Shown: piece after piece, positions 1 through 13,330 of the stretch
Numbering within the stretch: the first letter of the stretch is position 1
Layout: each line of letters begins with the position of its first letter
DNA from: Gnetum montanum
Taxonomy: Eukaryota; Plantae; Gnetophyta
Assembly: GCA_015680685.1 (NCBI GenBank)
Contig: MNCI01002706.1
Location: 118,712 to 182,711 of the forward strand
Direction of reading: 5' to 3'
DNA length: 64,000 bases
The notes under the pieces: model-generated
Database searches by the model: none
What the model saw: only the letters and a program-made list of their open reading frames with translations
What the model was told of the DNA's origin: nothing
Translations under genes and position numbers: made by a program

Positions 1-45
1 ATTGTAAGGAACTTGAGGACGAGTTTTCATTTAGTCATGGGGGTA

Positions 46-802
46 TGATGAGATGCGATATCGCGGCCGCTGCAATATCGCATCCCCTGCGATATCGCGT
101 ACGCGATATCGCGTAGTTCCCTGCGATATCGCGTACACGATATCACGGTCCGCCGCTAAATCTATAAATAAGAGGCAGCACTCCCCTCATTTGAAAAGAT
201 AGACGTAAAGTAGCGAAGCTCTGGCAGATTGATCATCCCAAAGATAGAATATTTTCCATGTGCCCGCAGTAGGAGTCCCCCAAGTGAACNNNNNNNNNNN
301 NNNNNNNNNNNNNNNNNNNNNNNNNNNNNNNNNNNNNNNNNNNNNNNNNNNNNNNNNNNNNNNNNNNNNNNNNNNNNNNNNNNNNNNNNNNNNNNNNNNN
401 NNNNNNNNNNNNNNNNNNNNNNNNNNNNNNNNNNNNNNNNNNNNNNNNNNNNNNNNNNNNNNNNNNNNNNNNNNNNNNNNNNNNNNNNNNNNNNNNNNNN
501 NNNNNNNNNNNNNNNNNNNNNNNNNNNNNNNGACTTAGTGTTGTAGTTAGAGTTAGTTTTAGTCTCTCAACCCTTCACCCTTTAGCATAAGAGATAAATT
601 GTAAAAGACCAAAAAAATCATATACCTCAAACTTACTTAACCATACACCGTGACAACAACAAGTAAGTCTGGGAAGACAACGATTAATTAACCCCAAGTG
701 TTCCTTGCGGCGTTTAGGCATTTAGTTTGTGGAGTTCGACCGGATCGCGTGTGCTATGCTCGTTTCGTATGGTTGAGTGTAGGGGTACCTCGCCACTCAT
801 CA
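46..802 (+). mobile_element. 3' LTR of an Athila-like Ty3/gypsy element (internal region lies upstream of the window; N gap inside)
   Basis: Starts TGATGAG right after a PPT-like CATGGGGGTA and ends CTCATCA. The preceding 'AACTTGAGGACGAGTTTTCATTTA' matches the sequence before the 3' LTR at 60874-60909. TATAAATA at about 163. The U5 end resembles the LTRs at 52852-53712 and 60910-61877. Confidence 0.85.
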
Positions 803-1712
803 AAGATGAATCACACTTTTATTAATATTTTTATTGAGAGAAACTTTTTTAATAGTTTCTTGGAAAATATAAAAGAGATCATTTTCAACATATCCTAATG
901 TTTCTTAAAAATTTCAATAGAAAAACCATCAAAACCTAAAACTTTACCATGTGCTAAATTAAAGGCCATAAGCTTTGATTTTTTTTTTTGTTGTTGTAAT
1001 TTTTGTTTCAAGAATACTTCGATGCACTTTTGTTATAAGATGAGGAATGTTCTTATTATTTATATAAAATGATTTTCGTTTAGGTAACCCTTTCCTTTTA
1101 AAAATTTAAAAAATTCCTTGCAATGTTCATCTTCAATTTTTAGTTAATCCATGTGACTTTCAGTGAGAGCACTCTTAGCTTCAAAAGTATCCTAACATTG
1201 TTTAACATAATGAGCTTTAACCAAGGTTTTTTGAGTTTCAAAATTAGAGAGATTTTGGTCTTAAAAAAAATTACATTTGCTTTACAACTTCTACAAGATC
1301 TTTTTCAACTTGACACTTAGACTTAGTAAATTGCTTTCCAAACCATCTAGCATTGTTTTGATTCTACAAGTAGTTTGCTGACACTAGTTAATCTAACCAA
1401 TTTTACCAATAGACTTTTTTTATAGCATTCCTTAAAGATTTCAAAATACTTTTTCCACCGGGTCTTATGTTCTTATGTACATATTAGCATTCATACAAAA
1501 AAGCTCATACTTTTGGAAAGATGAAGAATTAATCCCAAAAGGAAAAATGCTAATAGAAAAACGATGTGATAAAAGTAACATCTCTGTGCACTTTTACTTT
1601 CATTGTAAGCTTCACTTTATTAACTTCACTATAAAATGAAATATAATATTTATCCTATAGATCTTATAATTCTTCAAACTTAATAAAGCATCAGTCAACC
1701 ATTTTCTTAAGT

Positions 1713-1983
1713 GGATATTTATACAAATATAATATAACGTCCGGTCAATAAATCATTTGAGTCGGATATTTATACAGACATAATGTAATGTCCAACAAAT
1801 CATTTGAGTCTAGTGACGGTTGCAATTTCAAAATCCGATCCGAAAGATCATTAGTCTGGAGTCATGATCGTTTTGTGCAGAAATTAGTTTCCATTTTAAG
1901 AAACAAAGTGAAGTCTCCAAATTCCATAACTGTGCAGAAATTAGTTTCCATTATAGAAAACAAAGTGAAGGCTCCAAATTCCA
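1713..1983. repeat. Two short tandem duplications upstream of TBL (about 50 bp x2, then 57 bp x2)
   Basis: GGATATTTATACA...AAATCATTTGAGTC occurs twice (1713-1810). TGTGCAGAAATTAGTTTCCATT...CCAAATTCCA occurs at 1874 and 1931. Confidence 0.85.
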
Positions 1984-2066
1984 AAATTTGGATTGCATCG
2001 GTTGCCAGCAGCAGCAGCAGGAGTGATAAAAATCTCAAAGAGCAAAAGCTATACCTAAACCTCGGT

Positions 2067-5000
2067 ATGACAGGCGGCAACAGCAGCAGCAGCATCAGAG
2101 GAAGAGCCAGATCCGAAAAACTTCTCATCAACAAATCCTACAAAATTGCATTGACATCTCTGCTCTGCGTGGCAGCCCTTTGGTTTGCATGGTCTGCAAC
2201 TGTATCGCTGTCTCCCTGGATCCTGAATTCCAACACAGCGTCATCATTTTCTTTCACAGGATCGTCCCACTGCAATTATTCCCATGGCAGATGGGAGTAT
2301 GATCCAAGCTTGGCTCCTAGATACGACAAAACTTGCCAGGAGATTTTCAAAGGTTGGAACTGCATCGCTAGCAACAAACCCAATGCCAAAGATATCTACA
2401 AATGGCGCTGGAGGCCTTGGGACTGCGACCTACCTCCACTTGATCCTCATTTGTTCTTCACTCTCTTCAGGAACATTAAAATCGGTACTTTAACTTGATC
2501 TCAACTGTAAAGTTGAAATGTGTAGCAGAAGCATTGAAAATTCAAAGCCACTGTAGAAACTGCTGCTATTTCGGATCTCTACTGCCAAGTTTGGATGCAG
2601 AATCTCTTGATTTAAAATACTCTTTGAGATACACTTTCTCTGGATTCCGTTAGTGTTACTGGCCTCAGCTTTGTAATATAAATGCCTTGTCTGAAAACGG
2701 TTTTTAAAGACTTTATGGCAATTTTTTTGGTTAATCTTTAATTCTGTGCAGGTTTTGTAGGGGATTCTTTGAATCGGAACATGTTTGTTGCGTTGGTGTG
2801 CACTCTGAGAAAAGTTTCTGAAGATGTGAAGAAGTGGCGTCCTGTTCGGGCTGACCGAGGGTTCACCTTTCTTAAGTACAACTTGACTGTGGCTTATCAT
2901 CGCACTAATCTGCTCGTGAAATACGGGCGGTATGTGAAGTCTCACTCAATTTTATTGGCATGGGCTACAAGCATTGAAATTTGAAAACGTAATATGTCAG
3001 TGCCAACCATGGATTCAGACTATAATACCATAACTCTAGTTCTCCTGCTTTAACTATGTTTTCTGACAGGATTTTATTTGGACATAATAAAAATTTACTT
3101 TCAATTTCACTTCCATTATCCCAGGGATTACACAGTGTTAAATATGTGAATTCGGTTGTAGCCAGGAATACAGACAATTTTTCGGTCACGTAGGGATGGT
3201 TGTCTTTAATTGAAAATAAACCTTAATTTTGACCAAGAGGCCAACCACGAATCATAATACTGTAACCCTAGATTATACGTTGAGCATAATTCTGTACAGG
3301 GCCCATCATATAACTTTAAATATTATTTCCTAAATTTTTCATCCTATTCAATCCTATGATTTGATTTTTTGAAAAGAGAAAAGATTCTCTCGGCCAAATT
3401 ATAAATATATAGTTAAACTAGCTTACCTGACATTCAAGAAAAGACCCAAGAACAATTGCACAAATCAAAACTTTACTCAATGCAATTGTCCTAAAGAAGA
3501 AAGTTCTAAAGGGCATGGAAATTTTTCTTTTCTATGATCCGTCTTGTCTATTTGTTTACCAAATCCCTTTGAAGAGGATATTTGAGCAAGGTTTCCTATT
3601 CATCTCAATAATGTTTAGCAATATCCAAATTTTTTTTCTTTGTTAAAAAAGTTTATCCTTCAATCTATTTCACTTCTTACTTGATGGAACCCGTCTTCTG
3701 TTAGTTTTTATCCTGATGTGGAATGCAAGTACCTCATCTAAGTAATCTATTTCTAAGGTTTTTAACTTAAAACTATTTCTGAGTAAATTTTTTTTCTATT
3801 GTGGATATCACTGGTATCATTCAAAACATTTGAACCAGATTTATTTTGATTTATTGAATGAATTACGTTTTCACAATGTATTTGTGGAAACAAATTGTCT
3901 TTCTCTCTTGGTTGTAGGAAAGGTAACTTTTAGCTAAAACTTGAGGTGTTCGTTGTTTTCCCAATATATGAATCAGCAAGACGGTTTATAAATAAATTCC
4001 ATTACATGTTTTGTTATTAAATAAACAAACTTACATTTTGGTTCATTTTTAAACATGGAGGAAATTAAAATAATGAAATTAAGTTGATTTGGCATGCAAT
4101 GCATATTTCCATCTTTGCAAATATTAAACATTTATTCAGATTATATGTATTGTAGATGGTCTGCTGGACCTGATAACGGACCTTTAGAAAGATTGGGGTA
4201 CAAAGAAGGCTTCAGGGTGGACGTTGATGTTCCAGATGTTACCTGGGCAGAGGCCCCAAACTATTATGATGTTCTCATTTTTAACACTGGTCACTGGTAA
4301 AGTACAGATACGTATTCTATTTTGTTTTCTGACATATGTCATGTATGACAAAATGATTAAATAGAATATCAATGGTGAAGTATGATTTCTTTACTTGAAG
4401 ATGCATTCACATATACAGCTGTTTTTAATTGCAAATTCTTTTAGCCATAGCAGATAGTGTGTTTGTATATAAAATATCTGCTCTTTCAGTTCTAAAATTG
4501 TACTTGAAATCTGAGTAATTTTGTTCACAAATAATAGTCTAGCAAATCAGAGTCTAATAGTGTATCCAAGCCTGATCTTTTAATAGTAAGGAAATTAATA
4601 GATTTGTTGAGTCTGCATCTGATATAACAATAAATTCATTTTAGTTTCAATTTCAATAAACATTTTCTGCCTGAAAAATAAATTTGTCATCTAGAGTCGT
4701 AGTCATACATATTAAATAGATTTCACCGACTTTCACATACCTTGCAGAGATTCTTTCTTTTAATTTTTTTTCTATCATGCAGCATATCCATCATTCAAAC
4801 TTTTGTAGAAATTTGAAACTAAATCATCATACCCAATGCTAATGCTATTGTTATAAAGTATAGGCGGAGTATGAAAGTAATAAACATTTTCTTTATGAAA
4901 GTTTCTTGGGGAAACCTAAAATTACTTGGCCTTGATTCTATAAAATATTACAAAATTTGTAATGCATATTTATATGGTTTTTGTATTGTAATTTCTTTTT

Positions 5001-6961
5001 GTTTTCAGGTGGTGGTCTCGTACAAAATTTGATCCAGTGAAGTCACCCATGTTATTTTTTAAAAAGGGTTTACCAATATTGCCTTCAATGCAACCTGAAG
5101 AGGGTTTAGACATAGCGCTCAAAAATATGGTCAGGCAGTCATTTCTCCTCAATATAAAAATTTTACAGTATGGAAAAATTGATGGCATGGTAGGCATAGT
5201 CGTAGATGCTAAGTCAGTAAATAGGTTAATTCTAAGGCATAGATACCATCTTTTTTATGATGCATATTTGACACTAGAGTAAATCTGGGTCTTCGGAGTT
5301 ACGATGACATAGCCAGAGCCCATATTGTATTTTCTGGCTTCTGTTTTTTATCGGTTATTTGGTATACACTTTTGGAGATTCTCTTGTTGAATATCCCTCA
5401 TTAAGTTCTCTTAGTGGCTTTGGAATTCATGTTAGACTGAATGATTAGAAAAAAAAAATGAATTGAAGTGCAACTTTCCCTTCAAACTCTCAATAGAAAT
5501 TCTTGCATATGTTGTCATACCTGTGGTCGTTGGATGAATAATGCAAAGGGTGGCTTTTGTTTGTTCGTTCGTTTGTGTTTTTTTTTTTTTTTTTCCTTTT
5601 TTTTCTTTTTTGCCGTCTCCTATCCTTTGTCGTTTGAATTGTTTAATTGAGGACCCACCTGGATTGCCTTTCCAAATCTTAAACTTTAGCCATGCTATGA
5701 GCCATCCATTGTAATATACAATGTTAATTGTTAAACATGCCTATGTTCTTTCTGTCGCAGATTCAATACGTTGAGAAAGTCACAACAAAGAAGACATTGA
5801 AGATTTTCCGGACACAGTCACCTAGACATTTTGAAGGTGGTGATTGGAATTCTGGAGGAAAATGTTCTAGGCCCAAACCTTTGGCATTGCAGGAGGTAAA
5901 TTTCTGTGTTATAAAACTATTCAAACAACTGTAGTCTAAGGCTTCATTTCGTTTCAATGGACGTAGTTTCATTTAGTTGAATTTTTGTTTGATAATCAGC
6001 CTTAAAGGAATTTTTGTCTGATAATCAAAATCATGCATGCAAGAACACAAGTTTGTATATAAAAATGTTTCAACTCATGTTTGTTGTTGATGACAATACA
6101 GATTAAAAGTTTTAAAAGAAAACTTTTTACACTAATGAATTGTTAGAGAATGAAGGCACATGATGGTAATTTAATGGTCTCAAGAGTGTGTTGATGAGGA
6201 TGATGTGGTTAATTTAAAAGAGAATCAAATATTTGCAATTCTGCTGTTTTTCCTTGCCAATGACATTTCAACTTTATCGGTACTGCTAAAATTCATGATC
6301 CAACTTTCATAGTGGGAACTCCACGGATAATGTTACAACAATGGTGAAATCATCTTGTGTTGGCTGTTGCTCATTTCAAAAACTCGTTTTTACAGTTTAA
6401 TATCTAAATTTTTAATTTTCAAGTTTATCCATTAGATCATAAAAAGAATGCATGTACTTTACAATTAATGAAGCCTTTGACTTCTGGATGTGTTGAAAGT
6501 TTAGAGGTTCATAAACCAATATTGCATTTTTAGGTTTGCTTGTTTCAATTTTTTTGAAGGCTTGAATTCACTGTAACATTGCAATTAATTTATTCTTGGA
6601 AGTATTATCTGTACCAGCTTGTCAAATAAGAATTGGAGAATAAATTTCAGTTACCAAATTCACTCCAAAAATGTATTCTTTCACCTTTCAGGTTTATCAC
6701 TTGTTTACAACTGGGAAAAATGGTACAAATGTTGAGGGGCGCCTCGCAAATTCCCATTTGGTGAATGCCGTTAGAAATTCAAGCTTTTATATGTTAGATA
6801 TAACTGCTATGTCTGAATTTAGAGCCGATGCTCACCCTTCAAAGTGGGGAGGGAAGAAGCATGAAGATTGCATGCACTGGTGTTTGCCGGGATTAACTGA
6901 TTACTGGAATGACTTGTTAATGGTTATATTACTTGAACACACAACAAAAAAAAAATTATAA
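2067..6961 (+). CDS. TBL13: Trichome birefringence-like protein (TBL13-like; PMR5N + PC-esterase O-acetyltransferase), about 420 aa
   Basis: Exons 2067-2484, 2752-2929, 4156-4296, 5009-5129, 5761-5895, 6692-6961. All introns are GT-AG and the exons total 1263 nt in frame. N-terminal TM segment, Cys-rich [26 protein letters not shown] (GDS), [41 protein letters not shown] (DxxH). An in-frame ATG at 1788 is possible but less likely. Confidence 0.93.
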
Positions 6962-7737
6962 TTTTGCATTTATATTTGTTTTTGGCTTGTTGCCACCATG
7001 TTTTTCTTTTTCTAGGAGAGAATTAATTGGTTGCTTCATTCAAATAAATAAGATTATTTTCCTTCATAACTGACTGAGTTTTAGGATCGAAGTGGTACGC
7101 TTAACATGCAGCTAGCTGTAATTTAAAATATATACTCAAAATTAATCTATAAATGAAATATGTACAATTTTAGACGTGTGTACAGTTCACCTCATGTGTA
7201 GTTAAGAGCATTGCATATGAGAAAGCACACTGAATTTCAAACAGTTAGGTGCTCTTTTTACAAAGAAACTTATATAAAAGGTTGAGTGCTTATGCGGTTC
7301 GAAGTGAATGGTGGAAAAGACCCATTTATGGTGGAAAAGAATTCACATAGTAGTTTAAAGGCTATGCCAAGTAACTGGGAACATGAAATTGCAGTGATCC
7401 TTTAATATTTTGAATAAAGTGGTAATGTCAAATAAGGGATGTATATATGTTCCAAACTCTGGAAATTTCACTATCCACTTTGGGAAAACATTACCCATAA
7501 AGCAAAATCACTGAAGGTCGGCCATTGATTAGAATTACTAAAAGTTTTTATTTTGCGGTAAGTTTGCAGCATAGGCTAAATCTATGTTTGCCCTATTTTC
7601 AGCGATGGTGAAATTTTGGCAGATTCACACTTAAAAAGCATGTGTGTGAGGATTAGCTGGTTTTGAGCTTTCAGGTAAAATTATTCTCATTGTGAATGCA
7701 AGGCAGCAGTTTTAATTTTTCGTCCAAACAACCTACA

Positions 7738-7963
7738 GCTACTTGGTTGTAACTTTTACAGTTCAAAGTTCGACCAAAATGACCACGAATAAAATATTAG
7801 CACTGACTTTTTGAAACTAAAACTGAAGCTGTTTTAAATTACATTTTATAGCTACTTGGTTGTAACTTTTACAGTTCAAAGTTCGACCAAAATGACCACG
7901 AATAAAATATTAGCACTGACTTTTTGAAACTAAAACTGAAGCTGTTTTAAATTACATTTTATA
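7738..7963. repeat. Perfect 113-bp tandem duplication
   Basis: GCTACTTGGTTG...TACATTTTATA at 7738-7850 and 7851-7963. Confidence 0.95.
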
Positions 7964-8955
7964 CCTTTTAAGATCTGTTGGACCATCTTTGATTCAACTA
8001 TTTTGCATAATATTTGTATATCTTAACAATTACCCATCGGCATCAAACATGCAAATCACATGTCTTTTTAAATTAAAAGTTATGCTAAACATAGATGCAA
8101 TTTGATTTGATATGACATTAGTTTTAATTGTAATCATGAAGCATTTATTTAACCAAAATATGCTGGTCCAAAGTATTGTAACCTTGCTTAAAAGTACATA
8201 TCATTTATTTGATTTCTTCTTTTCTTTAAAAAAGAACAACTAATTGATTGTGCAATTACCAACAGAAAGAGGGCATACTCAATTTATAATTTTTTATGAC
8301 TCAACGAAGGATAATCTTGAAAGTGTTCATTATGTTAAATATTTATAAAATTTTTGTATGAAATTATATAAGGTATAGATAAAATATATGAAGATTCACA
8401 GCATCAACATGATTTTTCCAGTTTACAAGATTGTGTTAATTATATTTTTTGATATTTATATACTTCAAAATAGGAAATTAGATCATTAGTCTTGATACAT
8501 TTAACTCAGCAATAGATCTTGTTGATCATATTTTTTTAAAGCATTGGATGAACGCTTAAAAATAATTTATATTTAGTATTATATTTATATAAAATTATAA
8601 ATAAATCCTTTCTTCCCAAACCCCAAAGAAATTGCAATTGAACCTATAGACATCCATTGAATTTCTAAAACCTTGGAAATAAAAAAAAAAGGTACTACCA
8701 AAATTCAAAACACTCTAAAATTTGCAAAAGTATACAGAATAGCTTTAGAGAGTGTTTGGAAATTTGTTAAAATGGAAATTAACTTGATAACCTTAATAAG
8801 GAATTTTTCAAGTTTTGTAGCATTGAATGAGCTTACTAGTTGAATTGCAAGTTGTATGCACAACTTAGGATTGAACTTGTAATGTTATACTAGAGATATT
8901 TTAACATGTGCATAGCCAATGAGATACTTTTAAAGTTACATTTGGAAGTTAGTAA

Positions 8956-9320
8956 TAAATTATCACTACTTAATTTGGATAACTTCAACAAGAAAATAAT
9001 GGTTACCATTTGCTAATGACATTGTGATTTATTAAAGAAAGTTAAAAGAAAATTTTCCAATATAATAAGTGTGAAAAACCTTAGAATGCCTACTCATCCT
9101 ACCAAGGAAACAAATGATTATTCCATTTTTCTTTACAAGCAAAATTATCACCACTTAATTGGGATAACTTCAACATTTCCTAATGACATTATGATTTATT
9201 AAATAAACTTGAAAAGAAATTTTCAATTTAAAAAATATGAAAAACCTTAGAATGCCTACTTAATTTGCCAAGGAGGAAAGTGATGATTCTCCCATTTTTC
9301 TTTCAAACCAAAATTACTAA
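8956..9320. repeat. Diverged tandem duplication, about 185 bp x2
   Basis: AAATTATCAC.ACTTAATT.GGATAACTTCAACA...GAAAAACCTTAGAATGCCTACT...CCATTTTTCTTT occurs twice. Confidence 0.85.
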
Positions 9321-9659
9321 CCTGAAAATTTTAATAAAATAATTAAATATGTAAATGAATCATTATATTTAAAGAATGAAGAAATATTAGCCATTAATAA
9401 AACTTTAAAAAATAAACAAAAAGGTGTTAATATTAATATTGAGGTTTTGTTCAAGATCACAAACAGTGAGCTTAGAACATAGAAAGATCAACATTTTCAA
9501 ACAACCGTTAAGTGAAGATATCTTTGGCCTATTAAATAAAAGATTATATTTTATCATTTCACTTGAAAGCATCAAATATGTAGACTTAATTGGATAAACT
9601 CTCAAGTAGTATCCAAATTTCAAGTAGATTTGATGTTTTAGTAACGAATTTGATTTGTT

Positions 9660-10200
9660 TTAGGAAATTTGATTTTTCTCTCCAATTTTTCTTCAACAGA
9701 TTTGATTTCTCTAGAATTCTGCTATGGGAAATTCTATATTACTTCAGGCTTCTTCAATCAATGTTAAAATTTTTGCTTATTTTATTGATGCAAAAATTTC
9801 TATTAATTCTCAAAATACAAATTTACAAGCTAGTAAGAAAAAAGTTGTGATGCTTTTTCTAGTAATGTTGATGTAACTAAGACACTTGATTTTGTTCTTC
9901 TTGATGATGTATGTGAGTCATTAGTTGCTAATCTCTTTGCATAATATATGTTCATTCAAATTTTAGGTTGCCTCATAATTGAAGTTTTGTTTTACAAGTA
10001 AATGATATTAATAAAAAACATAACATCCAAGTTCTTCAAACTAGGTATTATTCTCATTTTTTCCTATTTGTTGAGTTAGGAAATGCTTTAATAATGCAAC
10101 ATGCCCTAGATGTAGGGTCTTTCTTATACATAAGCATGTGGTATTGATCATTCCCAAGCTGGCTCTAGATATTGATGTCCAATTTGAAGATATTGATGTC
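9660..10200. repeat. Dispersed repeat, copy 1 (homologous to 37395-37925)
   Basis: Collinear blocks such as ATTTGATTTCTCTAGAATTC, CTATTAATTCTCAAAATACAAATTTACAA and ATTATTCTCATTTTTT...GTTGAGTTAGG. Confidence 0.85.
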
Positions 10201-10247
10201 CAATTTGAAATATTTTGCACTTAGAATGGATGTCTTATTCACTAACT

Positions 10248-10699
10248 TAGTTATATATTTATAATCTGGCCTAGAAAATCTTCTTCATTGATAAGTAATA
10301 AGGTATTTCAATCAAATATTTCATGACTTCTAGACAAAGAACAAGATTTATTTATCAAATTTTTCATGATCATGGGATCAAGAATAAAATATTTGCATTA
10401 TCTATTGTATATTCTCATTCTCAGCCAAATTTGTTCTTTTTTGTAGACTCTCTTAGGCGAAAAAAAGAAACAAACAAACAAACAAACAAACAAACAAATT
10501 CAGCTAAGAGTGAGGTGAGAACATATGATAGTTGATGCAAATATTTTGTTCTTGATCTCATGATCATGAAAATTTTGATAAACAAATCTTGTTTTTCGTC
10601 CATAAGTCATAAAATATTTGATTCAAATACCTTATTACTTATCAACAAAGAAGATTCTCTTGGCCAAATCATAACTATATATTATAAATATATAACTAG
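10248..10699. mobile_element. Foldback/MITE-like element with about 160-bp inverted arms
   Basis: 10248-10406 is the reverse complement of 10527-10699 (e.g. GATAAGTAATAAGGTATTTCAATCAAATATTT / AAATATTTGATTCAAATACCTTATTACTTATC). The loop holds an (AAAC)n tract. Confidence 0.8.
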
Positions 10700-11019
10700 C
10701 TACTAATTATCAATTGTTGCTTAAAGGGATCATTTAAACATAAAAAATTAAAAATAATACTCTCTATAGTTATGCATTAGTCCAATTTTTTGAAGATAGT
10801 TGTTAAATTATAGATTAATTAAATAAAGTTAATAATAATTCATAAAACTGCAAAATAGAAATAGAGTAAATTATAAGAACATATTAGCAATTGTTCAAAG
10901 ACTAAAAATAGGTTAAAATACATAATAACTTATCAATGTTCAAATATTCATAACTAAAAAAATGCATAATGGTAAATGTTTAGACAAATATAATAGTAAA
11001 AATTCATAACATCTAAATT

Positions 11020-13000
11020 ATAAAATTGTTCTTCATTTGATTTAATGTACTCTTCATTTAGTCTACGCTGAAGATGAGAAGCCTTTGATATTTTGATATA
11101 TATGTCTTTGGAAATTGAAGGGAACATCTTGAAACTCTCAATACTCTTTACTCAAAATAGTGCTATAAACATAAGACCTATTTTTTTACTGCCAACATCT
11201 ACACATGCTTATGCTAATCTCAACAGTAGTTGGCAAGATCCTCCATGTATAATCAATGGAATGTGTACTTGTTGAGGATGTTCTTGATCATATGATATTC
11301 CATTGTAACAGTTAAACTCAATGATAGCATATGATGGTAGCAGTGGAGGTTTACAATGGGAATTGTAAATTATTTTCTTAATGATTCCCAATGTGCCATT
11401 AACCAATCCTACTTTTGGCCATAGATTAACAATAAGCATAACCCTTGCAATTTTATAGATAAATACCACTTGATCTAACTTTTCTTCTCTGTTATCCCAA
11501 ATCTGACATCATTTGTGTTCTTATCAACTGTGCACCATGCAACTCACTTTTGCAATTTTAAAAATACCTTTTCATTATGCATATGCATCTTCTCCTTTGT
11601 ATCAAACAAATGCACAAAATCCTCAAATCCATCTTGCCTATTTGATATTGATGGAAGATCCATTCTTGAGCTCAAAAAATCATAATGAGCATCATTGAGT
11701 TTTCCTTCTTGTATATTCATCAAAACTTCTCTAAATCTTTATTGCCATGGATTATCTTTCCTTTGTCAATACACTGCATCCAAAGCTACAAATGTATTGA
11801 ATGCTAACCCTAAATTTTTTACATGGAGTTGAGATGAGATGTATAGTATAACATCTTTCATAGGTAGAAGTTGTGCGAGATCTCCAATGACTATCACTAA
11901 TCTACCACCAAAATTCTTTTATCGGTTATCTAAAAATATTTCCTTTAGCCTTCTATCAACATTGCTAAGTAGTCTGCCACCTATAAAACTCATTTCATAT
12001 ATAATGGTATACTTTATGTATATATATCTATTTTGTAACGATGCTAAAGTTGATGCAACAAGTAGATTGTGCTCCTTGATTCTAATTGTTAATGTAGAAT
12101 GTATTGTAGTTGCATTAATATTATAAGCCACAACACCAATAGGGGTAAGTACTAATAAGACATTTTTTCCCGATGAGAAAGTTCTCCTAAATTTTTTACA
12201 AATGGTATCAATGAGATAAAATTTTCCTATGCATATTGTTCCTTATCAAATTCAAATTGTTGCATATATAGGTGGCTAGTGATAATCTTATAACATTTTT
12301 TTTATTTAACTCTTAGGAAAGATAGGTTCATCTCACTGTAGTTATGTCCTAAAGGTGTTACTATCCTATGTGATCTATGACTATGAACAAAATACATAAC
12401 AATCCTTGCAATATCTTCTCTAGGACACATAGTTGACTATTCATGCTCTCCAACTTGATCCCTTAATCCAAGCATTTTAAGTTCACTTCATTGGAAATAA
12501 TCTTATAGCATTTCTTTTATTTAACTCCTAGGAAAGATAGGTTCATCTCATTGAAGTCATTTCCTAAAGGTGTTATTATCCTATGTGATCTATGACTATG
12601 AACAAAATACATAACAATCTTTGCAATATCTTCTTTAGCATATATAGCTGACCATTCATGCTCTCCATCTCAATCCCTTAATCCAAGCATTTTAAGTTCA
12701 CTTCATTGGAAATGAGTTGATGCAAGTATATGACAATTCAGTATTTCAAAATCATATTTAACATCATCCTATCTTTTGAAATGATATCTCTATACTGCCT
12801 CTCTTTTTTGGAAATACATTCAAAATCTTTATCAAATAGCTCCTCTTGAATTTTATATATGTGTCAAATAGATATCCATTTTAGTTCAATTTCTTCATCA
12901 GTTCTTCCCAAATCATGCTTTGCATGTCTAAAAGGATAGTGCAATAACAACTGTACTTAATAATAATCTATCCATTTTTCCTCTCCTATTATTTTTAGAT
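11020..13000 (-). mobile_element. Degenerate PIF1-family helicase, Helitron-superfamily relic (Helentron/Helitron2-like)
   Basis: Minus-strand motifs in order: QLLLHYPFR; GTICIGKFYLI (Walker A); LTPIGVVAYNINATTIHS; IIYEMSFIG..VDRRLKEIF; ARVMLIVNLWPKVGLVNGTLG; QLLLRLA; GLMFIAL..VKS; LQRRLNEE. Many stops and frameshifts. Confidence 0.8.
12282..12713. repeat. About 215-bp tandem duplication within the helicase relic
   Basis: ATAATCTTATA.CATTT...AGTTCACTTCATTGGAAAT starts at 12282 and again at 12497. Confidence 0.9.
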
Positions 13001-13182
13001 ATTTCCTCTCCTATGCTAATAACCATTAATTTTTAATAGCCATCTTTAAATTGGTAGAGCTTACATGAGTAACTTTTCCCAGTGGTGTATAAATGATAGT
13101 TTCAATATTCAAAAAATCTTTGAATCCAATTTACTAGGAAGGCATAGTTATCATCAACTATGAGACATAAACAATATATACA

Positions 13183-13330
13183 ATGAGGTGTTAGCCTAGT
13201 GGTATGGGTCTTGGTTTGGTGATCCCATGTCACAAGTACGATTCTAATAGGTAGCATTGAGTTATAAATTAACAAAAATTCTGTAAAAGAAATCCTGAAA
13301 CTAGTCCAATAGTTCCAATGGGTCTCAACT
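13183..13330 (+). mobile_element. tRNA-derived SINE (copy 1)
   Basis: A-box TAGCCTAGTGG and degenerate B-box GTACGATTC. The body TAGCATTGAGTTATAAAT.AACAAAAATT is shared with 36733-36762. Confidence 0.6.

Noticed and set aside
1788-2066. 93-aa N-terminal extension of TBL from ATG 1788
   Set aside because: Built from local tandem duplications (a 57-bp unit preserves frame). ATG 2067 gives a normal TBL length with the TM segment near the N-terminus.
8700-8950. Possible very old copia RT/RNase H remnant
   Set aside because: Only a faint RYxxxT-like match; too degenerate to support.
13183-13260. Functional tRNA gene
   Set aside because: A/B boxes are degenerate, no cloverleaf is evident, and the downstream body is shared among dispersed copies, as in a SINE.
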